Of a stretch of 38,314 nucleotides of DNA, positions 1 through 12,800 are shown one piece after another. Positions within the stretch are counted from its first letter, which is position 1. Each line of letters begins with the position of its first letter. The stretch is from Ginkgo biloba. Taxonomy: Eukaryota; Plantae; Ginkgophyta. Below the pieces are notes generated by a model that saw nothing but the letters and a program-made list of their open reading frames with translations, searched no databases and was not told where the DNA came from. Location of the stretch: assembly GCA_024626585.2 (NCBI GenBank), contig JANKJI020000004.1, positions 178,654,988-178,693,301 of the forward strand, given 5' to 3'. Position numbers and translations under genes: made by a program.

Positions 1-59
1 AAAAACCCTTCTTTTCCTATACAAATTTTTCAAATTCTGTAATTCCTATTATTTTACAA

Positions 60-205
60 TTGCAAACCATCATTCATGTATCATAATGCAATGATCAATA
101 TTACATGCTACGGACAACATCATTCATCATTTCATCCTTTTTCACTCATCATTCAAATTTTACCATTTATCATTCACCATTCCCACTCATCATTCATCAA
201 TGATA
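60..205. repeat. Low-complexity TCATCATTC-type degenerate repeat
   Basis: Repeated cattcatcat / ctcatcattca units. Confidence 0.5.
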
Positions 206-645
206 TGAAATGTTCAGCTAGCATATAGATGATAGGGAGTAAAAAGTTCAAATTCAAAGAGCAAGATTGTAGTCTAGAACAATAAAAATTCAAATTATCC
301 TACACTAAAAAACAATTCCGACCTTAAAAATTGCAAAAGTTAAAACACCGGTTAGACAGTGAGCAGGAAAGAAGTGAGAAAAGGATAGGTTGGTTTGTAT
401 CTGTCTAGTGTTAGTATTAGGTTTTAGGGTGGGGTCTACTCATCTTTGGGGGCGTGGGGCCTACTAACTGTTATTGGTTCAGTCTTTTTCTATTCGTATC
501 TAATAATGTGCAAGGCCGAAACGTTCAGGATTCATGCTCAGACCCATTTCAGCTTGATCAAAATATCATTTGGCATTTTAGTCATGCCAGAATGTCATGT
601 TGACTGGTTCTTGGGTGGATATGGCATTTCAGGACAACTCAGGTG

Positions 646-659
646 GTGTGTGTGTGTGT
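646..659 (+). repeat. (GT)7 microsatellite in the JMJ22-like intron
   Basis: gtgtgtgtgtgtgt read directly. Confidence 0.8.
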
Positions 660-825
660 AATTTGAACAGCAAATTAGGCAGCTGTTGGAATAGTACCTT
701 TTATCTCTCTTAGGAATGAGCTTTTAGTCCTAGAAATTTCATATCAAATACAACTGTATTGATAAATTTACTCTCTTATGACATCCAGCAATGTGTTATC
801 TTATTTTCTGGTATGTGTATTGCAG

Positions 826-1066
826 GAGAAATTTGTTGAACGTTCTGGATTTTGTCAGTAGGCCCAATTCAAAAGAATTAGTATCAGGGACAACAGATCG
901 GGTCAATCTGTATGAAAAATTTAGAAAAGTATATGAAACTCTTTATCCAGGGTCTATTGAAGAGCTGAAACATAGGGAGGAGGAAAAAAGAGCAAGGAAG
1001 AAGTCGGCATCCTTTTGGGAGCGTGTTACAGATGCCAAAGTTGGAGAATTCAAGTTTGGATTCTGA
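826..1066 (+). CDS. JMJ22: Terminal coding exon of a JMJ22-like JmjC (F-box/JmjC, At5g06550-type) demethylase
   Basis: T-rich tract and TGCAG acceptor ending at 825 (phase-2 intron). Open frame RNLLNVLDFVSRPNSKELVSGTTDRVNLYEKFRKVYETLYPGSIEEL...SFWERVTDAKVGEFKFGF* matches the recalled C-terminus of Arabidopsis At5g06550 (NLLNVLEFLKKPNAKELVSGTTDRENL...SFW...FKFSF). The ATG at 791 is intronic; upstream exons lie outside the window. Confidence 0.88.
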
Positions 1067-2398
1067 ACATGGGCAATGATCATTTGACTCTATGATGCTA
1101 ATTCAGTCTTATGCCAACAATCTGGATGCATGATGCTGGTAGTTTTGGTAGTTGTTGAGGTTGCCAACTATGAGGGAAGCTTTTCCTTCAAAGAAACTTC
1201 AATTGCAACTTTGCATGAGAACATAACAGAGCAAATTTTATACTTCATTATATTGTATCCTGAGTATTAACTACATTGTATTGTGGCTTGCAGCGTGATG
1301 CCTAGATATTAATCAGTTGAGCATATTCTTATGCTTCAGCTGTAAGTTGTTAACAGCCTCTGGAGTGACATTCATTGGAAACAGTCTGCCTGATAGTTTT
1401 TACACACAAGAATTGCTTTTAAAGTGTACACACAGTTCTAATTGACTTGAAAGACTTGCATTATGTGAGCTAATACATACACAGTTTCTTTGAGAACAAT
1501 TTTTATACTAGATAATGACCAAAAATTGGCAATGGAAATTCCTGCTTATGAGTGGGCATGGTTCTCTCCAGCAAACATCCTTGAGTTGTCTACGAGGATA
1601 TTTGTGTGAGCATGGTTTAGGATTGTACTTTGATATTGTTTTTTGGTTTAATGCGTCATCTTGTATGTGGAATTGTATAAATACCATTGCTACCATGTGT
1701 TATTGTTGAAGATGGGGTATGTGTGAGTGTTCATCACTCATCAAGATAAGTCCATCGTATTTGATGTCATGCATTTAAGACAGTGGTTAATACATTATCT
1801 CAATGTCTTTGCATTTTATCTGCATAGATGGCTTATTCATCTTCAAGCCCTCAATCTTAAAATCCCATTATATCAGTTATAGTTGACAATCATTGGTTGG
1901 TTAATCTGCAAAATAACCTGTTGCCTCTGCTTCCTCTAGCTGTTCTATGAAGTATTGTGTTAAAATGTAATATTTATATTTAACATTTAATGTTAGTAGT
2001 AGTAATAAATATCAAGTCATAGTAAAATATATTATGTTAGTAATGTTATAATTAGATTTTATTTAATAAGGAAGTTATGGGAATAACGTTGAATCTGTAC
2101 ATTTGAATTCAAATGAAATACAAACATGATTTTTTCTTCTTCAATGATTTTCTTCCAACAGTGATATCCGAACAGACCCAAAGACGATCCTGACTCTGTG
2201 TATCTGATGAAGTAGATTCAGATGTCAAAGAACGGCGAACGGGAGACGCTGAGCAGAGCACTGTGCAACCCAGACTTGAGACAGGTATTCGGGCTGATTG
2301 AAATTCAACATCTGAAACTCTAAGAGTGCACTAGACAAGAGACGAAATAAAAAAAAAAAATTCCAAACATGTATACAATTAAAAATGGTGGTATGAAG

Positions 2399-2731
2399 AC
2401 GGCGATTGTGAGCAGGGTTTCCTCCAATGCAACATCCTTACCATGTTTACTTAAATTCCTCAACTTCTGACCTTCAAGATATTTTCTGGCAATTTCATAG
2501 ACTATTTCGTTGGACAAAATATCCCACAAACTGTCGCTCGCCAGTATCAAGCATTCCTCGTCGTCGACCCGTTGACTTAGTTATCTCAGGCCTCGCAATG
2601 ACATACGGCTTCAAATATCGATCTCCTATCGACCTCGCACAATAACCGTTCCAGAAGATAACTCAACCTCCGACAACCTCTATTCGTCCCATTTCTTCAT
2701 GATGATAGGACTTATACCTGAGTGGAATGCT
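2399..2731 (-). pseudogene. Clade-A protein phosphatase 2C fragment (ABI1/HAB1/PP2CA-like), disabled and intron-less
   Basis: Manual translation: SIPLRYKSYHHEEMGRIEVVGG*VIFWNGYCARSIGDRYLKPYVIARPEIT / frameshift / SQRVDDEECLILASDSLWDILSNEIVYEIARKYL...LLTIA. It has an in-frame TGA at 2663-2665, lacks the RVLGVLAMS segment, and shows a DG->DS change in the catalytic ASDGLWD motif. Confidence 0.88.
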
Positions 2732-5489
2732 CTGTGAAAAAATTGCAGCAGAGGATTAAAGTCGCGGACGAGAAGAGGAGTTCCGCACGACGTCAAACAG
2801 GAACAAAAGAAGCCACACGACAGGCAACACAGAACGCTTGATGTTGGAGAAAATCGGGAGACGGTGAGAATTGGGCCGCAGAGCCGAATTGATAAAAAAA
2901 AATTGAATCGCAGAATGTGCTGGCAGTTTTGCCGATTTCAATTTTTTTTTTTAAATTTCTTATTTATTAAAAAGTGTTTATTTTAAAAAAAAGACAAGGT
3001 CACATTGAAAAGTGATAGGACTTTGATTTTAAGGAAAAAGGGGCTAAAAGCTAAATCAATGCATAGAAGTAATTTTTAGTCGGTTTTTTAATGCTGAAAA
3101 NNNNNNNNNNNNNNNNNNNNNNNNNNNNNNNNNNNNNNNNNNNNNNNNNNNNNNNNNNNNNNNNNNNNNNNNNNNNNNNNNNNNNNNNNNNNNNNNNNNN
3201 AATAATAAAGAAGTCAAATTGAAAGGCATAATACACTGAATAACAATAACAAACTAAAATGATTGAAGTTCATATTTCATTGAACTGTGAGCACCCCCTA
3301 CTTTTTAAGACCAATATGAATATCATAAAAGCATTATACACAACCTTAGAACTAGAAGCCAATTCTAGTGTGGTGATAGAAGGAATCACCACTAATCCTA
3401 ACTCAAAAGAGTCACTAATTGCAACTCAAGACTCACTACCTGCCACTCGAGAGTAACAAATGCCATATACTATGAGAAAGAACCATCAATATTGCAAAGT
3501 GGTAGGTAACCACATCATTGGGCCCTCTTCCTACCTTGTTTGGGAATGATGTCTCTAGCCATAATTATAATAATTAACATAGCAATTACAATTTCAACAT
3601 CTTTAGTGGAAATAACAACAACAACAATCCTGGAAGTGACTATTACAATGCATTTGGCAACAAAAATAACAAATGTTGTGGTGATTAATACGAGTACTAA
3701 TCACCACAACATGGTGATCATAACAAGAACTATAATGGTAACTATGATAACGATACTATGGCCACAACCAAGGGTACATAATGGGGGAGGTGGGATCTGG
3801 TTCATTATTGTCCATACAAATAAATCAATGTCCCATTTAATCTACGATGGGCACAATTATCCCTCCGATCACCTAGTGATATTTCTCAAGAACAATAGTG
3901 TTCACCACGTTGTCGACCAAGAAGAAATGAAGAGACTATTGACTTTTGGAAAGGTTAGAGGCCTATGACTATTGCCCAAGGCCTAACCCACTCCCAAGCC
4001 AACACCCTAGGAGACCAACTATAGGTTGAAATGAAATTAATGGAGTTGTTGGCTTTTGACGAGTGATGATTTTGAATTTTGTTTGGAGTTTTCCTTTGTC
4101 CCTTTCCTAATGTATTTTATTAGATTAATAAAAGAAGGATATAGAGCTTGTAAATAAAAGAAAATAAACAAGCTAGACGGTTAACTAATTTGGTTTCTAT
4201 CCTTCTATAGATTGGAAGACTTATCTAATGAAAGTCAAACTTGTGAAGGATATNNNNNNNNNNNNNNNNNNNNNNNNNNNNNNNNNNNNNNNNNNNNNNN
4301 NNNNNNNNNNNNNNNNNNNNNNNNNNNNNNNNNNNNNNNNNNNNNNNNNNNNNAATGAAAGTCAAACTTGTGAAGGATATTGAATAACACTCCACCGTGG
4401 CAAGGTTGATCCTTAATTTGATATCAATGAACCTTCACCATGGACTTATACTAGACTTACTTTGGTGGAGTTGATTGACCTTGTGACAAAATAGTCAACA
4501 AATGATTGGAAGTGAATAAACACCGTAGTTACGTAATGTTGATTACTAAACCCACATCATTTACAAGCGCTTGTCAACTAGAGAGTCATGCCCCAAAAGT
4601 TCATTTTAATTGTTCCTTTTATGTCTTGATTATTCTCTAACTATTGATGGAGTGGGATCTAACCGTTGTTTATTAATAGTTGGTAAAGAAGAAAAAACCA
4701 TTTCTACCCACCGTGGTAACTTAACTCATACGAAAAATGATGCCAATTATAGGGTGGCAATTACTTTTTATTCCTTTGTATTTTGATGAACAAAAACTCG
4801 TTATCTTAACTTTTCCTAGTATGAGTTAGTAGATGAGAAAATTATGAATTGAAATAAATGAAAGAAAAAAATGGAAAAGTGTTAAATTAGAAATAAATTC
4901 AATGCTAACATAATGAAAATGCACCTTGACTCAAAATGATATCGCTGTTGAAATGCAAATGACACCACTACAATGTTGATTAAATGATTTGAGAATTAAG
5001 ACTCACAATCCAAGAGAGCACTTAAGGTATAAGAAAGCAAAGATGGAATCAAAAGGCGCCATGAAAATGAAGAGAAACAAATTAAAAACTACTTCTATGT
5101 CTAGGATAAAGAATGAACTTATAAAGAGCATGGCGAAGATGAAATTCAAATTCAAACTATGAAAGTTGTAAAATCTATCAACTACAACATTTCAAACTTT
5201 AAAACTAAAATTGAGAAAGATAAGAAAGTAAAGACAAAAAGGTGTAAATCAAACTATGCAAGTACAAACTATTGAGAAACAACGAGTAGAACAAATTTGT
5301 GGGAATCCCTATTTTTAGAATTTTAAATTGAGAAGAGGAAATGATCAAAGAATCAAAGTTGAACAATAAATAAGCTAAATGGAACAAAAACATAAAGAAG
5401 AAGAAAAACCAAACCAAACTTGAGATTGAAATAGTATGCAAGTGATTTTGTCTCAAGTTTCAAATTACTATTGATGTGCCATCTCAATT

Positions 5490-5499
5490 AGGAGGGGGC
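5490..5499 (+). mobile_element. Possible polypurine tract of a decayed LTR retrotransposon
   Basis: aggagggggc resembles the clearer PPT at 13805, but no clean TG LTR start follows. Confidence 0.3.
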
Positions 5500-6359
5500 T
5501 AACATATGGTTCTATGGCATCTAAGCTTGTTGATGAGACTATAACCATAGGGAATCTAATACAGAGTTTTTACTAAATTGGATTTTCTCTCACACTCTCT
5601 TTTATTATCTATGGGCTAATTGTAGGCAATATATGTGCAAGGGCATGTTACTAATTCTAGTCATTCTTATTATTGCCATTGTTTAATATTTGTGTGGTTA
5701 GTAAGGTTAATAGAAGTATGCATGGGATATTTTTTATATGGATTCTTTATTAAATCAAGTCCACGGTCTTTCTCATAAATAGGGCTTTACCTTTTGTATT
5801 CTCACATACATATATTTTGATTAATATGAGTTGTATCAATTGTAATCTTATATTTCCACACTTGGGAATAAAGAGAGTTTTTCTTTGTCCAATGTTCTTG
5901 TGAAGTGTTAATCTTTAGTTTTTCTTCGAATCTTGAGTTAGATGTTTGATTCCAAATCTTCAAGAGGGCATAGNNNNNNNNNNNNNNNNNNNNNNNNNNN
6001 NNNNNNNNNNNNNNNNNNNNNNNNNNNNNNNNNNNNNNNNNNNTCATGCGATTTTAAAATTACTGTTTGTATTTTTGGGCTTCTATAGTCGGTATTATGT
6101 TTTTAAGTATCGTACCGCATTTGCGTCTGCTCCAAAGGCGCACACTTACACATTATTGCATTTTAACGTGCTATAGATACACGTGCTGACATGGTATCTT
6201 CTGCAACCGCACACACTACAACTGCATTGCAAAATTGACCGTATATAGAGCTAATTTAGGCAGTATAATTTGATCGAGAGACTTAGTTCTAGTGCAACAT
6301 TGAATATAAAATATTGTAGAACTAGATTACCCCTTTGGAGTTGATCAAATACTTTTACA

Positions 6360-7000
6360 TTTTTGAAAGCCATATCTTCAAACCTCCATTACCAAGGGGG
6401 TACATCATTTGGTATTAAACCTATGGCAGTTCTGAACTTGGTGAAGGATTCAATTTTGCCATTATTTTTCATATTGTAGATTNNNNNNNNNNNNNNNNNN
6501 NNNNNNNNNNNNNNNNNNNNNNNNNNNNNNNNNNNNNNNNNNNNNNNNNNNNNNNNNNNNNNNNNNNNNNNNNNNNNNNNNNTTCCTAGTAAGGTTCTAA
6601 TTTTTTGTAGTTTATCTTCATTTCTAAATTCATTCGAAAGATATGGAAGTTTTACCCAAACTGGGATTTTGAGTGGACCTAGATTTTTTGGACTAAGGAA
6701 TGGAGTACATGATCTGAGGGACAACCCTTAGTTCCTAAAACACCATGGCCTTCCATACAAGATTGATTCAAGGTCGATATGTGAATGGAAAAATATGTTG
6801 AAGTATCCCTTTCCTTTTAGATTGAAACAAATTGGTCCTTTAATGATTCCTCCCCAAGTTACAAACACCCATTCTTGTATCATCCAAGGACTTAAAATGA
6901 TGATGTTGAATTTTTCATTCAAGGTTCTCAATTGAAGGTTCACATAATCCTCCTTAATATCCTCGTAGGTGAATGTGATTATATTTGTGTCTTCATCTGT
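6360..7000 (-). mobile_element. L1-type LINE ORF1 remnant (DUF4283-like)
   Basis: ORFs 6728-6943 and 6389-6724 join across one stop: KGKGYFNIFF..D..SILYGRPWCF..*GLSLRSCTPFLSP...IPVWVKLPYLSNEF....LQKI..LLG. This is the plant LINE ORF1 GPW / PVWVxLP signature. Confidence 0.85.
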
Positions 7001-8689
7001 GAACCCTAGGGTTTCTTTGTACTCACTCTCTTCTAAAGAGTCTTGATCTGCCTTTGTATGTCGATGTTTATCTTCCTGTTGCCCATTCTCTTAACCAAAC
7101 AAGAAGAATTCTCTCACTACTTAGATTATTGAAATTCTCTTTCTTTCAAGAAGTCCCAATGCTTCCTACCTCTTTTGGATCTTTTGGGATAAGGTCTCTC
7201 CATCCCAAATGTTGCCTTGTACATTATATCTCCTTTCATTATTTTGGGAGTGGGGATGAGACCTTGGGCCTCCTTAAGTTAGATGGGGGATCTCCCCCGC
7301 CTCGTCTAAAACTTGCATGCACTAACCTCCTTATTCTTAAACTCTATGGCCTCCTCAAACCTCTCAATCCCTAGTTGTCCCTCATTGTTGTTGTTGTATC
7401 CTCACATTCTCGTCCTTGATCCCTCACTTCTAATGTTATATCCTCTACATATGATCAGGAGAAATGACGAGGGAGGAAAACACTAAAGCAAGCCCCATTA
7501 TGTGATTATTTATATATTTGTAATATATTGTCTCGCCATGTATGTTGTAGCCCGGGTGTGGGCATGCTTTTTGTGTGGGGATCCAATTTTTATGTCATAA
7601 NNNNNNNNNNNNNNNNNNNNNNNNNNNNNNNNNNNNNNNNNNNNNNNNNNNNNNNNNNNNNNNNNNNNNNNNNNNNCCACTCTCATTGAAATGTAAGTTA
7701 ATATGAATAAAATTTATTTTCTTTTGGAGGGGTGGGTTTCGGTGTAAAAACCATCCACTCCTCACTTGTTAAGCTGCCCAGGTTGGCCGCGTATTTTTAT
7801 TGCCAACCTGGGAGGCCATTTTTTATTTTTTTTAAAGGCTTGTTTTGTATTTTGTTATAATAGTAATTGAATATATTAAAATCCAAATAAAATTTATAAT
7901 GCAACACAATCCAACATATACACTCTTCAATTGTGCTAAGCTGCCCAGGTTGGGTGCGTATTTTGATATTTTTTTTTGGCAGGCATTGAGAACTTTGCGT
8001 AAGCCATATTCGATCCTTCTCCTGCAAAAAGGAAGATGAACGTTGACATGAACTCTGCAAGAGCAGGTGTGAAAACATCCGGTCGAGTTTACTCCTGGGG
8101 CCTGCCCAATGCAACGTACTGAATCCATCGAACAGGAGCATAAGAAACCGTTCTGCAAACCGATTTCTTTATGTCATTAGTGCACGTTGCCTGGTCACCG
8201 AATGTCGCCCACAGATCTCCAAGTTGTGCATTGCACAGTCACAAAGCAAACGTCACAGCTATATCTTCATCATTGAACCCACCTGCCTTTGCTACATATC
8301 AACATTTGCTAACTGCAATAGAATGGCAGGTATATATCACGTGGTGGTTCATCTTGACTTATCCATTTAGCTTTCAAACTTGCAAATCAATCTATGTCCA
8401 TGGCCCCTGCCCATCATCTGTTGCAGATCACAGTCGACTCATGTTGGCTGTCATCTCCTATGCATCACTTGTGCATCATATTTCATAGGCCTCCAACAAC
8501 TCTAGAAAATTCACACATACATGCAATATATAGAAGGACCTGCACATGCATGGGCAATGAGATGGTGAGAGAGAAACAAGACACACANNNNNNNNNNNNN
8601 NNNNNNNNNNNNNNNNNNNNNNNNNNNNNNNNNNNNNNNNNNNNNNNNNNNNNNNNNNNNNNNNNNNNNNNNNNNNNNNNNNNNNNNAA

Positions 8690-9836
8690 AATTTTCATTT
8701 AAATCCAAGCCTATAATATACCTAATGAATAAGGATACTTCTTTCCATTGGTATCCAAAGGTTGATGCAACATTTAATAGAATAAAGGAGGCTCTCACCT
8801 CTGCCCCCCATTTTGATTCCACCCTTCTTTGATAAACTGTTCATACTTTATAATTTTGTGTATTATTTCTCCCGTAGATGTATATTATCCCAGAAGGATG
8901 ATATCGGGAAAGAATGTGTCATGTACTTTATCATCAAGACTTTGGTTAGGGATGAAATAAATAATTTGATCATTGAAAAATAATTCTTGTACTTAGTCTT
9001 TTAAATTAAGAGGTTATGCCAATATTTACTTAGTTCCTACACTAATGTATACACTCAATCAAATACGCTCTTATATCTACTTTCCAATCCTGATCACCCT
9101 GGAAGGAATGGGAGGTGGGCCTTCCTCCTCTAATGATTTAATTTTACTATTATTAAATATAAATCTAAGAAGGGGATGGATATTTCCAAATATATGGTAT
9201 ATTTACCTCTACCTAATGATAAGAATGAACTCATAGATGACTCCTTACCATACAATAATATTTTCCATGTCGATCGTCGAGAAATTTTCAAACACAAATG
9301 GTATAAAGATATCATCTCCTATCTCAAATCTTAAGAGTTCCCACAAGTATCGTCTTCAAGAAAAAGAAAATGAATTTGTGCTATTATGGACAATTCCTAT
9401 ATGTGATTATCAATAATTCCCTCTATAATAGGTCCTTCGAAGACAACAGTTAGGCTGAGGCTTTTAATAAGACCTTGATTAACGTTCTAAAATAAGCTAA
9501 TAACTGGTCAACACATGAATGACATCTTAAAATATTCCTTGCATTATGGGGTTACCGAACATCCATCAACACTCCTATTGGAATGACCTCCTATTCACTC
9601 ATTTATGGAGAAGAAGAAATCCTCCCCCTGAAATTAAAATCCCATCTCTTAGAATCTTGACAAGAAATCTAATAGATGATGATTTTAGAACTTTCCAATT
9701 GGATGAACTTGAGGAGCTTGATGAAAAGAGACTCCTTGCCTACCAGAACTTAGAATATTATAAGAATAGGAACCATGCCTACAAGAAAAAGGTTACATAT
9801 AAAATATTCCTAGTAGGAGACAAGGTACTCAACTAG
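8690..9836 (+). mobile_element. Ty3/gypsy (Tat/Ogre-like) pol remnant: RT-linker/RNase H and integrase C-terminus, internally deleted
   Basis: FHWYPKVDATFNRIKEALTSAP, ILSQKDDIGKECVMYFIIKTL, WYKDIISYL, LAEAFNKTL, ALWGYRTSINTPIG, PPEIKIPSLRI...LDELEELDEKRLLAYQNLEYY...FLVGDKVL. Many stops and frameshifts. Confidence 0.85.
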
Positions 9837-12800
9837 ACTACCTATTTGAAAAAAAAGGAAAGTTTNNNNNNNNNNNNNNNNNNNNNNNNNNNNNNNNNNN
9901 NNNNNNNNNNNNNNNNNNNNNNNNNNNNNNNNNNNNNNNNNNNNNNNNNNNNNNNNNNNNNNNNNTTTTTTTTTTTTTTTGCTCATTTTAAATCCTGTAG
10001 GAAACTCTGCAACTTTTTTCGTGTAGACTTTTTGCTAAATTCTGCTTTGATTCTTCTGCATTTTGACCTCAAGTTAGCTTTTTATCTTAAAATGATGAAA
10101 CAGGGTCCTAGACCTAAATCCGGTTGAAACTTTTGAACCATAGCTCCGTTTCTTATGCCGCTAACTTTTCTGAAAAGCTCTTGGAAAGATGCACAACTCT
10201 TTCCTTGAGGGCTATTAGCTGAAAAGTGACTACTTTCTTCCAAAATTCAGTTGCAAATTGATATGTGAACTAAAAGGGGAGACTTGGCAGCATCGTGTCA
10301 TGGCTGGGTGAGTAGAAATTCCAGTCAACAAAGATTTCATTTAAAAAATAAAGAAGGATAATAAAAAAATATCTATTAAATAAAATTTGGTAACAAAGTA
10401 TTGAATTATCTAATAAGAGATGAATAACCACTGAATAAATAGATCCCTACCAATATTTTCATATATTTTTTCATCTTTCCCCATTGTAATTATAAAAGTG
10501 GCTTAAAAAATATTTATTTTAAATTCTAAATCAAAGTTGGATGACATGGATTCTTGTGACATAGTAGGAGTGATGATATGGTAGTTGAGATGGTATCCTA
10601 GAGGCTTATAGGTTCTATGTCATATTTCATGGCATACTACACTTTTCTATAGGGTTTTAAAATTTTAAAGAGTGTTTCACCTAGTGCTATATCATGGAAT
10701 TTTGTATATTCTCATGCCCTTTGTCACTTTGATAAATTTACATGGTCGTGCACCTTAACCTACACCATTGATATCTTAGGATAAATCTTAGTTGTTGATA
10801 TGGTCAAAACCTTTTTTAATATCTCAATCCTTTCCTATGTCATAATTTGTTACAATCATATACGATTTTGTACCTTTATTACTTATTTCTATTATTTTAT
10901 ACTAGTGATTCGTTATACATTATTGCATCCTTTCATACTATTATTACATTATGCACTATCACAACCTTTTACAAACTTACAATTGCATGTGATTTTGACA
11001 AATTTGTACAATCTGAATAAATTACTTTGATAAGCATTTTGCTTAGTATAAATCATAGGACTTGAATATTTTAAAGTGAAAATTGGCCTTAGGGTAATAT
11101 TAGGTAGTAAGGCCTAGACTTCTTTTGGGGGTTATAGCCTTATAACCCTGTTAGGTGAACTATCCCTAGGAACTTATTAAGGGGACCCAATAATATCATT
11201 AAATTTTTTTGTCTTAGACCTAATAGTTAAACAAGGATAATTTTTATACTNNNNNNNNNNNNNNNNNNNNNNNNNNNNNNNNNNNNNNNNNNNNNNNNNN
11301 NNNNNNNNNNNNNNNNNNNNNNNNNNNNNNNNNNNNNNNNNNNNNNNNNNAGCAATGAGAAGGTCATGGTAGACCAATTCTACATGAATCTGTCATGTGT
11401 TTATGCTTCTTCATTTGTGAGATTCGATTAGTTCTGATTTCATATTTTAACATTTAGTATTAGAGTTGAGGGATATAATTAGCCTTAACAATGTGAGGTT
11501 CATGAATTAAGTGAATTTATGATTGTTTTGGGGCTTGTGCGTTAATGAACAAGGTATTTTTTCAATGTTTAGAGGAAAATTTTATTCTTTTAAGGTAAAT
11601 TTAATGATAAATTCATTATTATTCACTACTCATTACATGAAGAATTATCGATGTTATCTTTGAAGATTACCTATAGTTGTAAGTTGGTTGTGAAAAATAT
11701 ATTGTAAGGTCATGAGGCCATGAATGACAGACGATAAGCCATAGTTGGGAGAAAAATAACAATCTTAATTGACTTCATATTAGTTTGGTATAAAATGTTG
11801 TAGGATAAGGTATCAATACAACTAATTATCCTCTCATATATCATCACCTCATTTTAAAATTTTCTACTTTTATTATTTTTAGTAAAATAGTTCTCTAGAA
11901 GCAAGTGATTCTCCCTTTCTTAGAATTTCTTTTATCATTCTATTCATTTCTGTTCATAAATAATTCTCTTAGAAAGTAATTTCTCCTTTAATTCTTCTTG
12001 ATTATGATCACAAATCTATCATCTTTTAACTAGCAATATTAGTATCATTATTACAATCATTGAAAACTTATTTTAAAATTTTGTTTGTTTGTGTTATTTT
12101 ATATTTAATGCATTATTAGATTATGTTATCATTAGCTAGTACTTATTAGGGTCCTTACAAGTGTAATAATTTTTTCACAATAATCTTGTGACCAAAGACA
12201 TTAATGATATTCACTCTATTATAATAAAAATAAGCTATGGATAAATAAAACCAACATTCTCCTATAATCAAGATTTTGGGGTATTAGCATATTATTATAT
12301 CAAGAGATTACATGTGACTCCTATAAAATGATGAAGTTTTATAATTCTATTGAGCATAGTTCCTAATGGAACATACCCTTGCAATTGTACATGATTTTGT
12401 TTATTAATAAGAATAAGCTAACTCCTTATCTTTAGGTATTTAAACGCTAAGAACATTGCCATCACTCACTCCAAGTTATATTTTTATCACATTTCTTATA
12501 TTTTTGACACATTTTCCAATACTATATTTTTGTGCATTCTTTCCTTAACACTGTGTTAGTACGTGGTCCATTAGCATGTATTAACATAATATTCACTAAC
12601 TAGTGCACACTTCTATGGTATTCGTCTATGTGGGCATGAAAAAATACAATATTGACCCATTTTTTAGAACATCATATTTTCTTGTAATGGAGTCTTATCC
12701 TAATAATTTACATAACTATTTCGCATTTAATCAATTATTTTTCCCAAGAATCTATCCTTTTTCATTATCTATTCATATTTTTGTGGATTTGATCAAATCT

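Noticed and set aside
791-825. ATG-initiated 91-aa small ORF as a standalone gene
   Set aside because: The first 11 codons are intron sequence ending in a TGCAG acceptor, and homology starts after it.
3540-3968. 142-aa hydrophobic ORF as a membrane protein
   Set aside because: Its composition is an artefact of AAT/AAC low complexity read off-frame.
4227-4380. Exact 27-bp direct repeat flanking a 100-N gap (4227-4253 and 4354-4380)
   Set aside because: Identical sequence at both contig ends is most simply an unmerged assembly overlap.
6179-6186. ACACGTG G-box/ABRE-like motif
   Set aside because: A single short motif is expected by chance, and no linked gene start is visible.
7770-7790. aagctgccc resembling the start of miR167
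   Set aside because: The match ends after about 8 nt and there is no miRNA/miRNA* duplex.
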